64,000 bases of DNA, taken from assembly GCA_951406725.2 (NCBI GenBank), contig OX597815.1, positions 166,532,001 to 166,596,000 on the forward strand, read 5' to 3'. The translations under genes and the position numbers were made by a program. Shown here in pieces: positions 36,297 to 50,367 of this stretch. A model generated the notes under the pieces. That model was given only the letters and a program-made list of their open reading frames with translations, did no database searches and was not told the DNA's origin. Each line of letters opens with the position of its first letter. Positions within the stretch are counted from its first letter, which is position 1. The stretch is from Octopus vulgaris. Its lineage: Eukaryota.

Positions 36297-39200
36297 TAAG
36301 GAGGGTAGAAATTGATATCAATCAAGATCAATTTAAACCAGTGGTTTAGCATATTTTAAAAAATCCGAAGATTTAAAAATTATATTACAATTAATAAGAG
36401 GAATGACCACTAAAGTGGATTCCTAATATGCTAAAGATAGACATCAAATCGCCTTACCACACACAAACATGCACAAACACTCACACATGCAATAAGAAGG
36501 GAAAAGGGATACCAATAAAGAACTCATTTTAAAACGAATTTGGCTAACTGTATTCAAACAACCAGCCACCAATAAATGCAAGTGGAAGACACATCCAAGG
36601 TATTTCCTCATGTATGACAACTAGATCCAGATATCATTTAGAAGAATTTCAAAAAAATTACAGTATTAGACAACGAAAATATTGTCGGATTTATATGGTG
36701 ATTTCTACAATAAAAGATGAAATTTTCACCAGTATTTTTGTCGTGTGTGTGTCTGAGCCAGCGATGGGGCCCTTTTGTATATTCGCTCGACCTACTGAAA
36801 ATAACAGTAAAAATCTCTCTCAAATCAAGCCGTAATGTCTTCAAAAATCAGAGATGGTTACAATGGATAATGTAGTCCTAAATTACCTTGTCCATCATGT
36901 GCAAGCACGTGTATATTCACCATTATATCATTAATTTTATTGAAGTTTAGAAAAATTGAAGCATGCCTTTGATAATTCCGGAGCGTATTGAACTTAATTT
37001 TGTGAATGACTTTTGGCCCACCCTGTGTGTGTGTGTGTGTGTGCGTGTGTGAATGTCTTCATACATTCTCAAGCTAGCACAGTCCTAATTACTCAGCAAA
37101 TACAGATATTTATGAATTGTTTTAGCAAACGAGCTTAACAAATATGGTTGTCTTTGTATGGAGGTATTAATATTTGTACTTTGGAGTTAAGTGCATATAG
37201 AGTACAGATTAAACATGTGCTTCTGAAGAGTACTATGCTAAAACTTTATCTCCCACATCCATGCTAAAACTTTTTGTTTGCCATTCCTAATCCTTTACCC
37301 CACTGTGTCGGCAGGGTAGGCTGCTATAAACCTGGTATTTCTGAAGCCTTATGTAAAGAAAGTTAGCTTGGTAAGAAATATCTCACCTCTGAGCTAAAAG
37401 GCACTGGAGTTACTGTAACTCAAAACTAATGAAAATACTCTTCAAATTTCCATTGCTAGTGCTGCTTTACATCAGTGAAATGTACCTTCAGTTAAGCATC
37501 TTTGCATCTCATCGTCATCGGTTAACGTCCATTTTCCATGTGTGCATGGGTAGGACGGTTGACAGGAGCCGGCCAGGTAGAAAAATTACCCTAGGCTACT
37601 GTGTCTGTTTTGACAGGGCATTTAAGGCTGAATGCCCTTCTTAACATCGGCCACTCGGCAGAATGGACTTGGGCGAGGTTTTGGCATTTTACAGCTGGAT
37701 ACCCTCCCAAGCGCCAACCATTTTCTTTTAATTAATTATACTCCAAGTACATGTTTTCTACTAAATGATCTATGGCACTTAAGAAAGAATTTTCTTGACC
37801 AGAGACAAAACGTAAGAGCTGCTGGAAATAAATACTACGGGGCATTCTACTAATTCTGTCACCCAACCCCCTTTGATAAGAATCTCCACTTCGACGGAAA
37901 AACAAAAGCAGAAGCACACATCTCTTGTCAAAATATAAAATTTAAGGAAAACACTAAAATATTTTAGGAAATTTCTTGTTATAAAATTCTAAATGAATTC
38001 ATTCAGCAAATGGTGTTTTGTTTTATCTCGATATAAACGCTTATTTTATATAAAGTTTATTTTTAAAAAATGTTACTTTAGTAGTTTGGTTAGTGATTTA
38101 GTAAAACATAACAACCCTGTTTTTATTACTCATTCAGTATTGATATATGTATTACATAACGCATTTTGCGATGTAGCTGTAAACGTAAGCTTGGTTTTGT
38201 GAGGTTTTGAAGCATTAAGTACTGTCTTCCCAATATTGTTTCGTGTCACATCGCTGAGGAAAAACTAAACATCCATTAGTTGCGTTTAGTTCATTTATAC
38301 ACATACTCGAAAATGATTTTTTTTGATAGCAAATACATTTTGCATATGATTGTTCAGGTGTCACAGCGAACCTTCTCTTTACATATTAATTCCATGGTAA
38401 CAGAAACAACAAACATGGAAACTTAATGCTCAAGGGAGCTAACTCTGTTTTGCAGCAGATTTTTATTATAAATGGCAATTCGCGTTTTGTAATAATGTTT
38501 ATAAACGTAGTGATGTTGATTTTGGTTTCCACAAAATAATATTTCTCGATTAGTGAAGGCATTATGTGGCTATGAGTGACAGTAATGCTTAAAACGTGGC
38601 GTTAATGCCTTTCTAAAATACATTGACATAGATAATACATATATCCTCGTTTATCACGTGTTTGCTCCCAAATATGAAACATTGTGTTAAATGAATCAGC
38701 CATAAATGAATGATAGAACATCGGAAATAGGTTTCGTTCCGAGACCGCAAGTTGTCCCGAGCGTTGTAGATGGTTGCTGGGGCGATTTTTTTTTTTGCTG
38801 TCCAAGCAGAAACCTTTGACTGAACTCCGACCCGCGTTATCAGAGATGAATTCGGGATAAGCGTGACAAATAAAAACTGAAGGTACCGTGTTATCCTCGA
38901 TCAGTGATGAATGAATCGCATGAATATTATGGGGGATTGTCTCAAACGCTTTATTGGGTATGATTTGCATCAAAAACATATATGCAAGACTGAAAACTCT
39001 CATGGTAGTGAAAAAATTGCCGATGGTAATCTGTGGCTGGCAGAATCGGCAGTGTCGTTTAAAGCCAATATTTTATTTTTAAGCACCTAGCAACCATGGT
39101 GGGGAAAAGCATAAGAGCCACGACAGAGAATTTTTCCTTTCTAAAAATATTTGATTTTTTTTTCTTGTCCGTATTAACATATTTTTTTTTAGGCTTATTT

Positions 39201-39882
39201 GATTTTTTTTTTTAGTTTCTGCAGCTGGTTACATCCTTTAACATGAATTATTTCTTTCTGCGCATGCGTGACTAGCAAAGTAAAAGATGTATCGTGTGAC
39301 ATGTCAAGTTCGTTCACCCGTTGATGTAATTTTATAAAATCGGGTGGATATCCAAATGCATCCGGTATCTGTTTTATTAAGACGATACAACTGTTATACG
39401 TCAACGACTCGAACCTTTCCTTCTCTTTCTCTAAGTGTTGATATTCGTTTCAGGTGGGGGAATCAGAGACAGTTTAAGACAGTAAACTTAACCTCAAGCT
39501 GTCTTCAGTACTGGTTGTCTCATTATTTTTTAGGTTAGTAGAATGAACTATATTAGGAGATAATTATTTGTAATATGGGTACAAGATTGCACATTTTATG
39601 GAGTTTGATCTTTAAATCGAGTGAAGTACAAGATGTTATTTTATCGATCTTGGATCAGTTAGGCTGACGATTGAAATAGGCTGTAAATATAAAATAAAAA
39701 TCGTAAACGAAGACAAGGTTAGCTTCTTCCCTACACCATTAAAAAAAGTTCGTCTGATCCATGAAAGCATGGAAAAGTAAGCGTTAATGAAATGACAAAG
39801 CGATGGTGATGATACGAAATAGAATAAATGTGCTATCTGCCGTCCGTTGTGGTAATTTTAAACTTTATGAATTTCTTTGGAG

Positions 39883-40245
39883 TGAAGGCACGTGGCTTAG
39901 TGGTTAAGGTATTCGGCTCACGACCGTAAGGTCATGATTTCAATTCCCGGCAATGCGTTTTATGTTACTCCACTTTTTCATGTTACTCCAGTTTTTTTCA
40001 TGTTACTCTTGTAACACCTTTTCATGTTACTCCAGTCCACTCAGTTGGCAAAAATGTGTAGTACCTGTAACTTCAAAGAGCCAGCCTTGTCAGATTCTTT
40101 GTCAACGTTGAATCGCCCTCAGAACTACGTTAAGGATACACGTATCTGTGGAGTGCTCAGCCACTTGCACGTTAATTTCACGAGCAGGCTGTTTCGTTGA
40201 TCGGATCAAATGGAACTCTCGTCGTCGTAACCGACGGAGAGCCAC
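39883..40245 (+). mobile_element. SINE family C with internal short tandem duplications (ttttcatgttactcc x3-4)
   Basis: Aligns with 28784-29095. Related heads with different tails lie on the minus strand at 18800-19107 and 54235-54482. Confidence 0.8.
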
Positions 40246-42035
40246 TTTAATTTCTCAGGATTGACACCAAAGTTTTCCTATGTCTGATAGTGCGGTGTGG
40301 TATTTTACCCAGTTTTTGTTTTTGGTGCTATACTAGAATGCAATCCATACTCTGCTTTCAATTCACAGCTTATCATGTCCAATTAGTTTCATTTCAAACG
40401 CTAACCTCGACATTTGACTTATTGGATTTTTGTTAATGTAACGGTCGTTTGGCGAGTTCTTTAATGAAATACATCAAGACAAAGTTATGTCCATGGAATA
40501 ATAAATTGTATTGATTTGTCAGACCGTTGTTTTTTATGATTTTTGAGAATGCAGACGAAAGAGTTGATGAGCTTCTAGACAATCAATAAAAACAAGTCTG
40601 TGGCTTGTGTCTCTTCGCAAATATTGCTTTGTTTGTGTCTCTGGCTAAACACACTAATTGCTCTGTGGCTGATTCTGCTGACTTCAGAGTAAGCAACACA
40701 GATGGTGCAATTGATTACTTTAATATGAAAATGGATATTTCGCGGGAAAAGTACCTGGGATAGCATTCGATTCAGAGAATCATTTACCCATTTTTTTTAA
40801 TGAACTGAACACCACATGAGCATCATAATAGGACTGGCTTTATAGACCCTTTTGATAAGACAAAGAATTAGTTTTGAGTTTCTCATTTTGTGCTAATTGA
40901 GGCTTGACACGCATTGATTTAACGACGAATCTCAAAAATAGATACAGTAATCCCACGCCATATCGTGGTTCACCTGTCACGGTTTATTATCTAAGCTCTC
41001 GTCGATTCCTCCATGGTCTTGTTTTGCATTTATAATAAGATAAATATATACAAATTACAAAAATAATAAAAAAATATACAGTACAGAACTGTTTCTACTT
41101 CGCTGTTTTGGAACGTAGCACTCGCGATAGTCGAGGGATTATTGTATAGTAAATCTGTTTATTTCCCTCATTTGTACCATTGTATGTACTACCACATGTA
41201 TGTAATTTTATGTAGAGATATTTTGATGGTAGGGAGTGGGGTGAGAAGGGGTAAAGTGAGACACCTATGGCTTCTCTTAAAGACATTAACATTGAAATTT
41301 ATTGCTATTTCTTCAAAATTTACTTCGATATATAATGATACTTATCTACAAGACTCGTTGTACAAAAAAAAAAAAAGTGTTGATTATTCAACCCCACCAT
41401 ATTGGCTTTTATTGCTGTTTCTGTCCACAGTACTTTGAATATTCTGACGTGCCCTCGTACATCCTATAGTGACCACTTTCTCGGAAGTAAAGAAGATAGA
41501 GATTAGTTAGCAAGGTTAATCTGACATTTGACAGGTTCTCTATATCCACATTAACATTACTCTTGGCATCCAAGCACTCGCTGATGATGTTAAACCGAGA
41601 CACAGAGTAAATTTACTTATACCTGTGCCTATTTCACCATGCCTTTAATAAAATTAATAAAAGGGGTGATATTACTACGTGACACGAATAATACTACTTA
41701 ATTCAACCACTACTAATAGATGACATACGAGGTTGAACTTGGGTAATGATGCATTTTAAAATATTTGCATGTCGTGAAGCGATTTGTCTACTTATCTGTT
41801 GCACACGCTATCGTCTCTTTAAAATTAAACGTTCTTTAGTTAGTGTTTGTCATCTGTAAAAGAGACAATGATAAGTTGATCAAGCCAACTCCACTGTATT
41901 CTTTACTCTTCTATTGTTCCGACTATGGATTCTCGGCAGTAACCAAAAGATGCAAGCTAATATCACTTTGTGTACAACTGAGTGGAACTGAATTTAATGC
42001 TACGGCTATGAACAAATAGATTACCAATGAATATA

Positions 42036-42718
42036 CAGGGTGCATAAGATATTTAGGACAGATTTATGTTTATATAAAAACATATATAATAACAGCTAAC
42101 ATTATTTATTTAAAAAATGCTATGAGGATAAAAATAAACCTTTTTTTTCTATAATGTTATTCAATAAAGCCACCTTCAACTTCAACAACTGCTTCTATAC
42201 GAGATCTAAATCATCTACATGCTCGAATCAAGTGGTCCTGGTTCATTTTGGATATTACTCTGCTTTCAAAGAATCTTTGGTGTTATGGGCGTGTTCATTG
42301 ACCTCTCTCAACAATGCTCCACATGTAATAGTCCAGTGGATTGAGATCTGGGAAATTAGGAGGCCAAATGTTAGGGGTTGTGTGATCATGAAAATTTTCA
42401 GCCATCCATTCCTGTGTTACTAGAGCCATGTGTGATAATGCAGAGTCTTACTGAAACACATATGGCCTTCCATTGCCTACACTGTCTATCCAGGGCGTAA
42501 TAATTGTTTCCAGGACCTCAATGTAGGCACCAGAGTTAACTATAAAGCTTTGTGGAAAGAAGTAAGGAGGCATCATATGCCCTTCATTGCTGACAACCCC
42601 TAAAATCATGACAGTTGCAGAAAATTTTGTATGCATAACACTTGAATCTTAAGAAGGGTCTGCACATAACCATCTGTCATTTCTTCTGTTAACTTTTTGA
42701 TCTTGATCGAAGTTTTTG
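42036..42718 (-). mobile_element. Tc1/mariner superfamily DD37D (maT) transposase relic with one terminal repeat
   Basis: Minus strand: KNFDQDQKVNRRNDRWLCADPS*..HTKFSATVMILGVVSNEGHMMPPYFF..RPYVFQ*DSALSH..WPPNFPDLNPLDYYMW. There are 37 residues between the second D (DSA) and third D (NPLDY). A TA|CAGGGTG end lies at 42034-42042. It has in-frame stops and lacks the N-terminus. Confidence 0.9.
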
Positions 42719-45700
42719 AGAAGTGGGTTGCATGAGAAAATGGCTCGTCACTTGGTGCACTACTAAAAAATTCAAGGGGATTTCTTTGTAAGGCGTGTCA
42801 TTTAGAAAGTCCTGCGAGCCGCAGGTTGCAGTTGATTGATAGATCGTGAAATCACAACAGATCGGCCATGTCGACTCTTTGCATTTATGCAGTTACTTTT
42901 GATTTCACAACTCATCCTTTTTATATATACACACCGCCTTATTTCTTTAGAATTGCAGAAACACGCAAAAGCACTGGTTGTGAGAACACTGTGCTGCCAA
43001 AACTGTTTAATATTATCAGTTTTTCTCTCGTTTGGGAACTGAATTGAAGTTCGTATCAAAGTCGAAACATTTCGCGGCCGTTCTCAATAACAATAGCTGT
43101 GACGGCGATGGTAACGTTAATATTGTTGTTGTTGTTAAAAGTGTGAGCATAGAAGAAGGGAGTAGGAAATGCCTGTAATTGCTTCGGTAAATGGTTATTC
43201 GCTAACTTGAAACGGGAAGTTAGCAGTTGTTTAGATTCGAGGCGGGAAGGTCAAACAAAGCTACATATTTCGGATGTTTCTCTCTGCTGTCACCTAGTGT
43301 TGTGTTCAAGAAGCAGACCTGACTATTTCGTTTTGCTTTTTGTTGCTCATTTTTTTTTCTATATTTTTTTTTCTTTTTGCCTTTATTTATTTATTTATTT
43401 TTTTTTAACATTTACTTTTTACTTGGTGTTTCTTAATATTGTTAGGTTGTTGTACGGCAAACATCACGACCATTCCTTTCTCTTTACACGTGTCCTCCAC
43501 CACTACCATCACCACCACCACTTCCTTGAATGTTTCTTAATATTTCTTCCTCTGCCTCTCTCTCTACTGTAAGCATAGTAATAACGATAAGCTACTGACA
43601 AATACAAACTTACAAACTTTGAAAATAATCTTCAAACAAACTTACATCTTTCTGCCTCACGCTCTCTATTTCTCCCCCTCTCTTTCTGTCTTTTTTTTTC
43701 TTGAAGTAATGTTTGCCAACGAGTGTCAGCTCTCATGTTTTTCGTTGCTTCGTCGTTTGACCGGCCATTGATAAAGTTGCCCCGTATACAAAAGCCGATA
43801 TTAGGAATGTCAAATAATAGTTCCTTCAGCATTCTATCCATCTCTCTCCTCCCACCTTCCTGTTTTACTTGGACTAAAGCTAATGTTTTAGTTTGCCATT
43901 CTCTCTCTCTCCCTCCCTCTATGCCCTCCTTTCTCTCACATTGCTCTGTTTTTACTTTTTCTTTTTTTCTAATAATTCCATAGTTTGTTTGGTTTTACTT
44001 TTAGTTTAATTTTTAAAATTTTTTATTTTTTACTTCTTGCGGGGGAAAGGAACCAATTTACCCGAAATATTTCTGACATCACCCCACATCTTAAAAAATC
44101 CCCCACGTTTTATTTAGTAATTCCTTTTTTTTTTTTTTTTACTTTTATTTTATACCCCTCCTCCAATCTTGCCCCTCTTCCATAAATCACAAAATAACTA
44201 GAATAATGTTGTTTTAACTGTTGAGGTGGCAGCAAGCGATTATTCATTTTCAATCATAACTATCTTTTCTTGTCTTTTTTTTTCTTTTTTTTAAACAAAT
44301 CTCTCTTAATTACCACTTGTAATAGCAAGTGCACTGGCATGGAAACCTGTACTCAACGTTTCTCATGTTATTCCTTTATTGGCAGTAGACTGGCACCTGA
44401 AGATTTGCATGTGTGAATTTTCAGTTTGAAGCAGTCGGTTAGTTTGTTCACTGTCACAATACAAGCATTCACTTGCTTTATGAACTGGCCAAGTGAAATT
44501 TAAATTTCTCTTCTGTTCAGTTCTATCTAAAACCATAATTGAAAAATATGAAAAACGCCAGTACTTTTAATGTTTTTTTTGCTAATCGATATCTTGCGTA
44601 GAATTGCAAGAATTTGTGCAAATCTGTGTAGGAAATAACTTATTGGATTAATGAAACAGCACCTCTTGGAATTGCACATTTCATCAATATTGTGTCAAGA
44701 CCAGTGTTCATATCTCTCTAGAGATACATATAAAAGAACTAGAACTTAGTTCTGTAACCTAACTAATTACACATGGCTAGTCGTCTTTTGATGGTCGTTT
44801 TTCGTGTGTGTGTGTGTGCGTCTTTGTCCCCTTCGCTTGACAACCGGTGTTTGTGTGTTTATGTCCCATAACTTACCCCAGCATGGCCGCAGTCTAATGA
44901 CTGAAGCAAATAAAAGAATGGACACATTAAATAATTGTAATTTTATATACATGTATTTAAAAAGAAAAAAAAAGCGAAACGGAACGAGCTATATTGCCTC
45001 TGAACAAATATCTGCTCTGTCAGGGTTTGTATAGAGTTAAACTGCAGCGTAATATTCATCTACTCATATCGGCACTTCTCTTACTGGGCAGTTTCGGCTT
45101 CAATTTCTTTCTAGAAAATCTAGCATTTCTTTTTATGTATTATCTTGCATTGGAAGTCTAAATTTCTTGAATCTACTTTCGACTTCGGTAGCTTAGAGAG
45201 ATGTGAGATATTTACTCGTTCACTACGAGAGGCGAGAGATTCTCTCTTATTACTATTTACCCGTGTATCATGAGGGACTCTCTCTTAATATCTCTTTCAA
45301 CTCAGTATAATGATATAGCAATGGCGTTAATGATAATAGGTTTTTCTTTTTTCTTGTTTCATATATTTTTGTTCTTTAAAGAAATAACAGAAATCTCAAC
45401 TACGAGATAGAATTTAGCACAAATGTGAGATACACTCTTCCAACAGACCACCAACAAAACGATATACGTATAGTTTTCAAATTACAAGTGTAGGTGTGCA
45501 CATAGGTTGCGCGCGCTCACACTCACACGTGTAACTAAACACACACACACAGTCTGGTGGTACAGGTTGGGTTTCATTCGTTCACGTAAGTCAATCTGTG
45601 TCGCTATGTTCTCGTCTAAATAGTTTAGAAATCACGGTTAGTTTTCGAAATGTTGTGTTGATATAACATGAAATCTGAAACGAACCAACCTTAAAACGCA

Positions 45701-45722
45701 AGTTGAGCAAGTGTGTGTGTGT

Positions 45723-45763
<41 letters not shown>

Positions 45764-47313
45764 TGAGAGAGATGATGATGATGATGTTTTCCTGGTTGAA
45801 AATATCCAATCCTCATGTTGATTATTGTTGCGTCTATTGCTAACTAGTATATGCCCACCACTGTTCCCCCACCTTTTTTTTTTGTTTGTCTTGGGTGTAT
45901 TAGAGAGCAATAAATTCGAGCCGGATACGTATATGTTAGTTTATAATGAATATATTTCTTAAACTGGAGAGGGATACCTAGGGAGGTTTTTATAGATGTT
46001 ATTTTGTTGTTTGATTGCACTAAAAACATGTTACCTCCAACTGTAAAACATTTGGACATAGCATGTTATAAAACTCTTACTCTTTTGAAAGCTGTTTTAA
46101 GAATTAGGAAAAGCTGCTGCAGTAAACAATTATCGAATCTTCATTTTTTATTTATTTATATCTTTGAGTTTTAAGCTTCCAAAGTCGACATGACCAAATG
46201 CACCGGCTGCAAAATTGGGACTTTGAAAATGCTCACAGCATTTGCCCTGTCCCATTTTCCCATTAACTGAGTATTAAAAAAGAAGAGTGCGGACGTGTTG
46301 GAATGAAAATTAGCGAATAGTGTGCAAAAGGACTTTGAAAATTATCCACGATGAATACAAATTGATTCAGAATATCCATTTCTTGTTTCACTCATTGGAC
46401 TACAACCATGCAGGGGCACCGCCTTCAAAGGTTTCATAGAACAAATCAAGCCAACATCGTTTGTCAAGCAGCAGTAGGACCCACGAACACACACACATGC
46501 ACGCACGCACGCACGCGCGCGCAGATGGCTCCTATCAGATTCTATCTACAAAATTCACTCAAGTCGTTGGTCTGCTCGAGGCTGTAGTAGAAATCACGTG
46601 CCCAAGGTGCAACGCACTGGGACTGAACCCAAGGCCACATGTCTGATAAGCAAACTTCTTAACCACACGGAATTTAAAAAAAAATCTTTTTATTGCATTG
46701 GGCTGGCGGAGGAGGCTGTACTTGTGAGCTCTCTAGCCCTCAGAGGCCGATCGATGTGTTAATGGTGATGTTGAGCCGGACGACAGATTAAGTTTGCTCT
46801 CCAAGTCTTCCTCATTGCATAACCGTATCATCTTAAATAAACGATGCATCGAAGACTGTAGCCCCTGACATACTTTTGACGAAAAAGTCACCGTTGCAAT
46901 GCTTTTGACTGTAAGTCAGTTTCTTCCACAAGGCTGAGCCGGGGCTCAGTACAACAATAGAGACTGAAGACTAAAGAGTGCAAGTGATATAAAGAACTCT
47001 GATGGCTATTTATTCAAGCAAGCAAATAGCCGTAACTAAGGATTCCAAATAACACTTGCAGCGCCAAACTGTCCGTCATCGTAAGACTGTTAATTCCGCT
47101 TCTTGGGGGTATGTGTCCCTGAACGCGCAACACTGTGCAGTGTGTGTGTGTGCATTGCATAGAGTGTGCGTTCCACGTGGACATCAGTCCTAGCACCAAC
47201 TCGATGATATATATATTTGTACTGGTACCGATAACGCGCACGCATATCCGTTTTGCAGAGTATGTTTTGTGTGAAGTGTAGTTGTATTGGAAGGAAATAT
47301 ATTTCAACAAAGC

Positions 47314-47355
<42 letters not shown>

Positions 47356-48587
47356 GTGTAAGTCGGGGCTGTTGCACTGTACCGATGTTCTCTTCAATCT
47401 GTACCAAATGCAATAAGCGCCGTGTACTAGGTGACACATTCTTACTATCCTCTTGTTATGCTTTCTATATTAACCACTTGCTCTCACCGCCTCTTTGTGC
47501 TCTTTTGTTTTCTGTCTCAGTTACTCTTCTTCACAACTCCTCCCCTCCTCATTTCTCTTGCTCCACTCACCATCACCCGCCTCCCTCTCAATCATCGTGC
47601 CTCAACTCCCCTCCCCGCCCTTCTGCTTTGCTCTATCTCATTCATTTTTCAACTACTCACTCCATCTGTCTCTTGCATTTTCAACCTTTCAATTTGTTAG
47701 CATTCTCCTTATTTCGTTTCTTTCTTTATCTTTGCCCCGTCTCCCTCGCCTTCTTTATAAAACACACTCTAGAAGCCTGCCCATTTTATCCATTCTTATT
47801 CAGCTAGCTCTCCCAACGGCTGTACTTACTCCCAGCTGTCTCTCACTTTGTTGGCCAATCCCTTGTGTCTGTGCTTCGAAAAGCATTGTTTCATTAAGGA
47901 AAAGCCGACCTATGCCAATGCTATGTTAACCATTGACATTTTGGATAAGTGACAGCTCCTCCCCCTCATTCCTCTCCTCCCTGGCACCGCCAGTACGCAT
48001 TACTTCCCGTCTCTATTGCTTACACGTCTTTGCACTTGATTTCTCCTTGCTCTCCTTTCTCTTTTTTCAAGCCATTCACAAATGCGCTGAGTACACTGCA
48101 TGCACTCTTTGTCTGAAGGAGAAATATTTTCATTAAACCCCTTTGTCGCCTCTCTCCAACCCTTCCAATCATGCTCCGCCCACCTACGTGCGGGTGTTTC
48201 TTGTAAGACAGTGGTTTGCTTACGGACCCCTTTGATTCCTATTTTACTAAACTGGACCCCCTACTCAATCGATGTTTTTCAAAAATCCCATTAAAGTTTT
48301 TATGATTAAATATTTGGAATCGTATTTAAAAAATTGCTACGTTACAGTATTTTGTGTATTGCAGATGTATAATTAGTTTATTGCACATAGATTTTAACAG
48401 CAAAATCTTATATGAGCCGCCGGTGGTCATAGTCTGAACATAAAGAGTCAAGAAAAAAAAAAAAAAGAAAAAATGTCGCTAAGTATTTTGTCTGGCGCTC
48501 AAACGATTTTTCAGCGAATTTATTAATTCACACGTTTAGAGACTTAGATTTAAAAAAGGGAAACATTTTCATGCAAATACTCCAGGA

Positions 48588-48721
48588 ACGGCTGTGTGGT
48601 AAGTAGCTTGCTTACCAACCACATGGGTGGCACCTTGGGCATGTGTCTTCTACTATATCTTCAGGTCGACCAAAGCCTTGTAAGTGGATTTCGTAGACAG
48701 AAACTGAAAAGAAGCCCGTCG

Positions 48722-48758
<37 letters not shown>

Positions 48759-48945
48759 TTGTGTGTTTGTCCCCCCAACATCGCTTGACAATCGATGCTC
48801 GTGTGTTTACGTCCCTGTAACTTAGCGGTTGGGCAAGAGACCGATAGAATAGGTACTAGGCTTACAATGAACAAGTCCTGGAGTCGATTTGCTCGACTAA
48901 AGGCAGTGCTCCAGCATGGTCACAAGTAAAAGTAAAAGAGTAAAT
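48588..48945 (+). mobile_element. tRNA-derived SINE, family A
   Basis: Same head, body and tail as 20248-20655, with a small deletion across the B box. Confidence 0.85.
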
Positions 48946-50333
48946 AGTAAAATATACTGGTTTAAGTTGAGCCAGCTATTTTTCTTTCCGTACACTTGGC
49001 TACTTATAGATGAAAAGAAGTCACGATAAAATTGGCTTGCATGGTTTAATGCAATTTCAAGCTTGGTTAGCCAGGAAATCAATCCCGGTTTTGAATCAGT
49101 GGTGAAGTACCCACACTTTTTTTGTACTTAATTGAGTTATTGGCCTGCGACCACACGGAGCACCATCGCGAAGGGTTTTACTTGAACTAATCGACCCCAG
49201 TACTTTTTTCTGAAGCCCGGTACTTACTTTGTCGGTCTCTTTTACCGAACCGTTAAGTAACGGATATAAGCAAATCAAAACAGGTTGTCCTCGGCGATAG
49301 TGGTGGACAAACACAGATGTATACATTTACACTAATAAAAACCTACACATATAAATTCATACACATACACACACAACAGGTTTCTTTTAGCTTCCATCTA
49401 CCAAATCCACTCACAAGGCTTAGGTTGGCTTAATAAAAGACACTTGTCCAAGGTGCCACGTTGTGGAATTGAATCCGGAACCCTGTCGTGGGAAGCAAAT
49501 TTCTTACCACACAAAGTCATGGCCAGGCATTGCCCAGTGTTTATTAAAAGTAAAACGAAATAGGAAGAATCATCGGGATACAGTAAATGCCTTTTCTCAG
49601 TTGAAAGGTAGTTATAAAATATCACAGGTTGCTCTTTTTCGGCTTTGATTTAGTAAAATAACAAATTTCTGGTTTTGAGCTTCACTTCATCAAAGCATAT
49701 TGTTTGTTTGTCGGTGCCGATACGACACCCTGACACTATTAACAATTATTTTCTCCAGGTGTACAATTCCCATTTTTGTCTCTCTCTTAGTCTCGTGTAT
49801 CCAGCGATATATTTATTTATTTTAATCGTGAATATTTCCAGAATTCCCCGTGTGTTTATAAGTCAGGCATGTTTGGTGTGTCTGGGGTAAGCCAAGTAAA
49901 ATAAATATGTCGCTTAGTGCATTAATAAAAAGCCATTTGCTGAAATCAGAAACTTGCTGGCAGACGGAACGAATTGGCTTTGAATACATACTCGAACAAC
50001 TTTTCTGTTATACACCCTTATTTCTGCGCTTCTTTGCCGCTTCTGAACGATATCGATAATCACTTTGACTCAGCCTCTTTCTCTCATTCTCTTCCTGTTA
50101 TATAGTGCAAGATTATTTATTAAAGTTATGTGATATATTCTTGCCTTCTTCTAAAATGTCATTTTGCCGATCTATTTGTTTAGACTGGCCTACTGTCTCC
50201 GTAGCTTTGTGAATATTGTTGACACAACGGACTTGAGCGGGAGGAGAAAATCTGGCTTAGATTACTTGAACAATTAAGGAAAATCTACAGTAAAGAACTG
50301 TATATATATACATATACATACATATATATATAT

Positions 50334-50367
<34 letters not shown>

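Noticed and set aside
39310-39350. Possible miRNA hairpin
   Set aside because: The stem is too short and does not match any conserved miRNA I recognise.
40943-40985. tacagtaatccc.. Tigger/pogo-like terminus, and cccaccctgt at about 37016-37026
   Set aside because: Only single ends were found, with no partner TIR or transposase.
47253-48294. Overlapping 60-184 aa ORFs
   Set aside because: The sequence is pyrimidine-rich and stop-poor with a (GA)n tract, and has no domain motifs.
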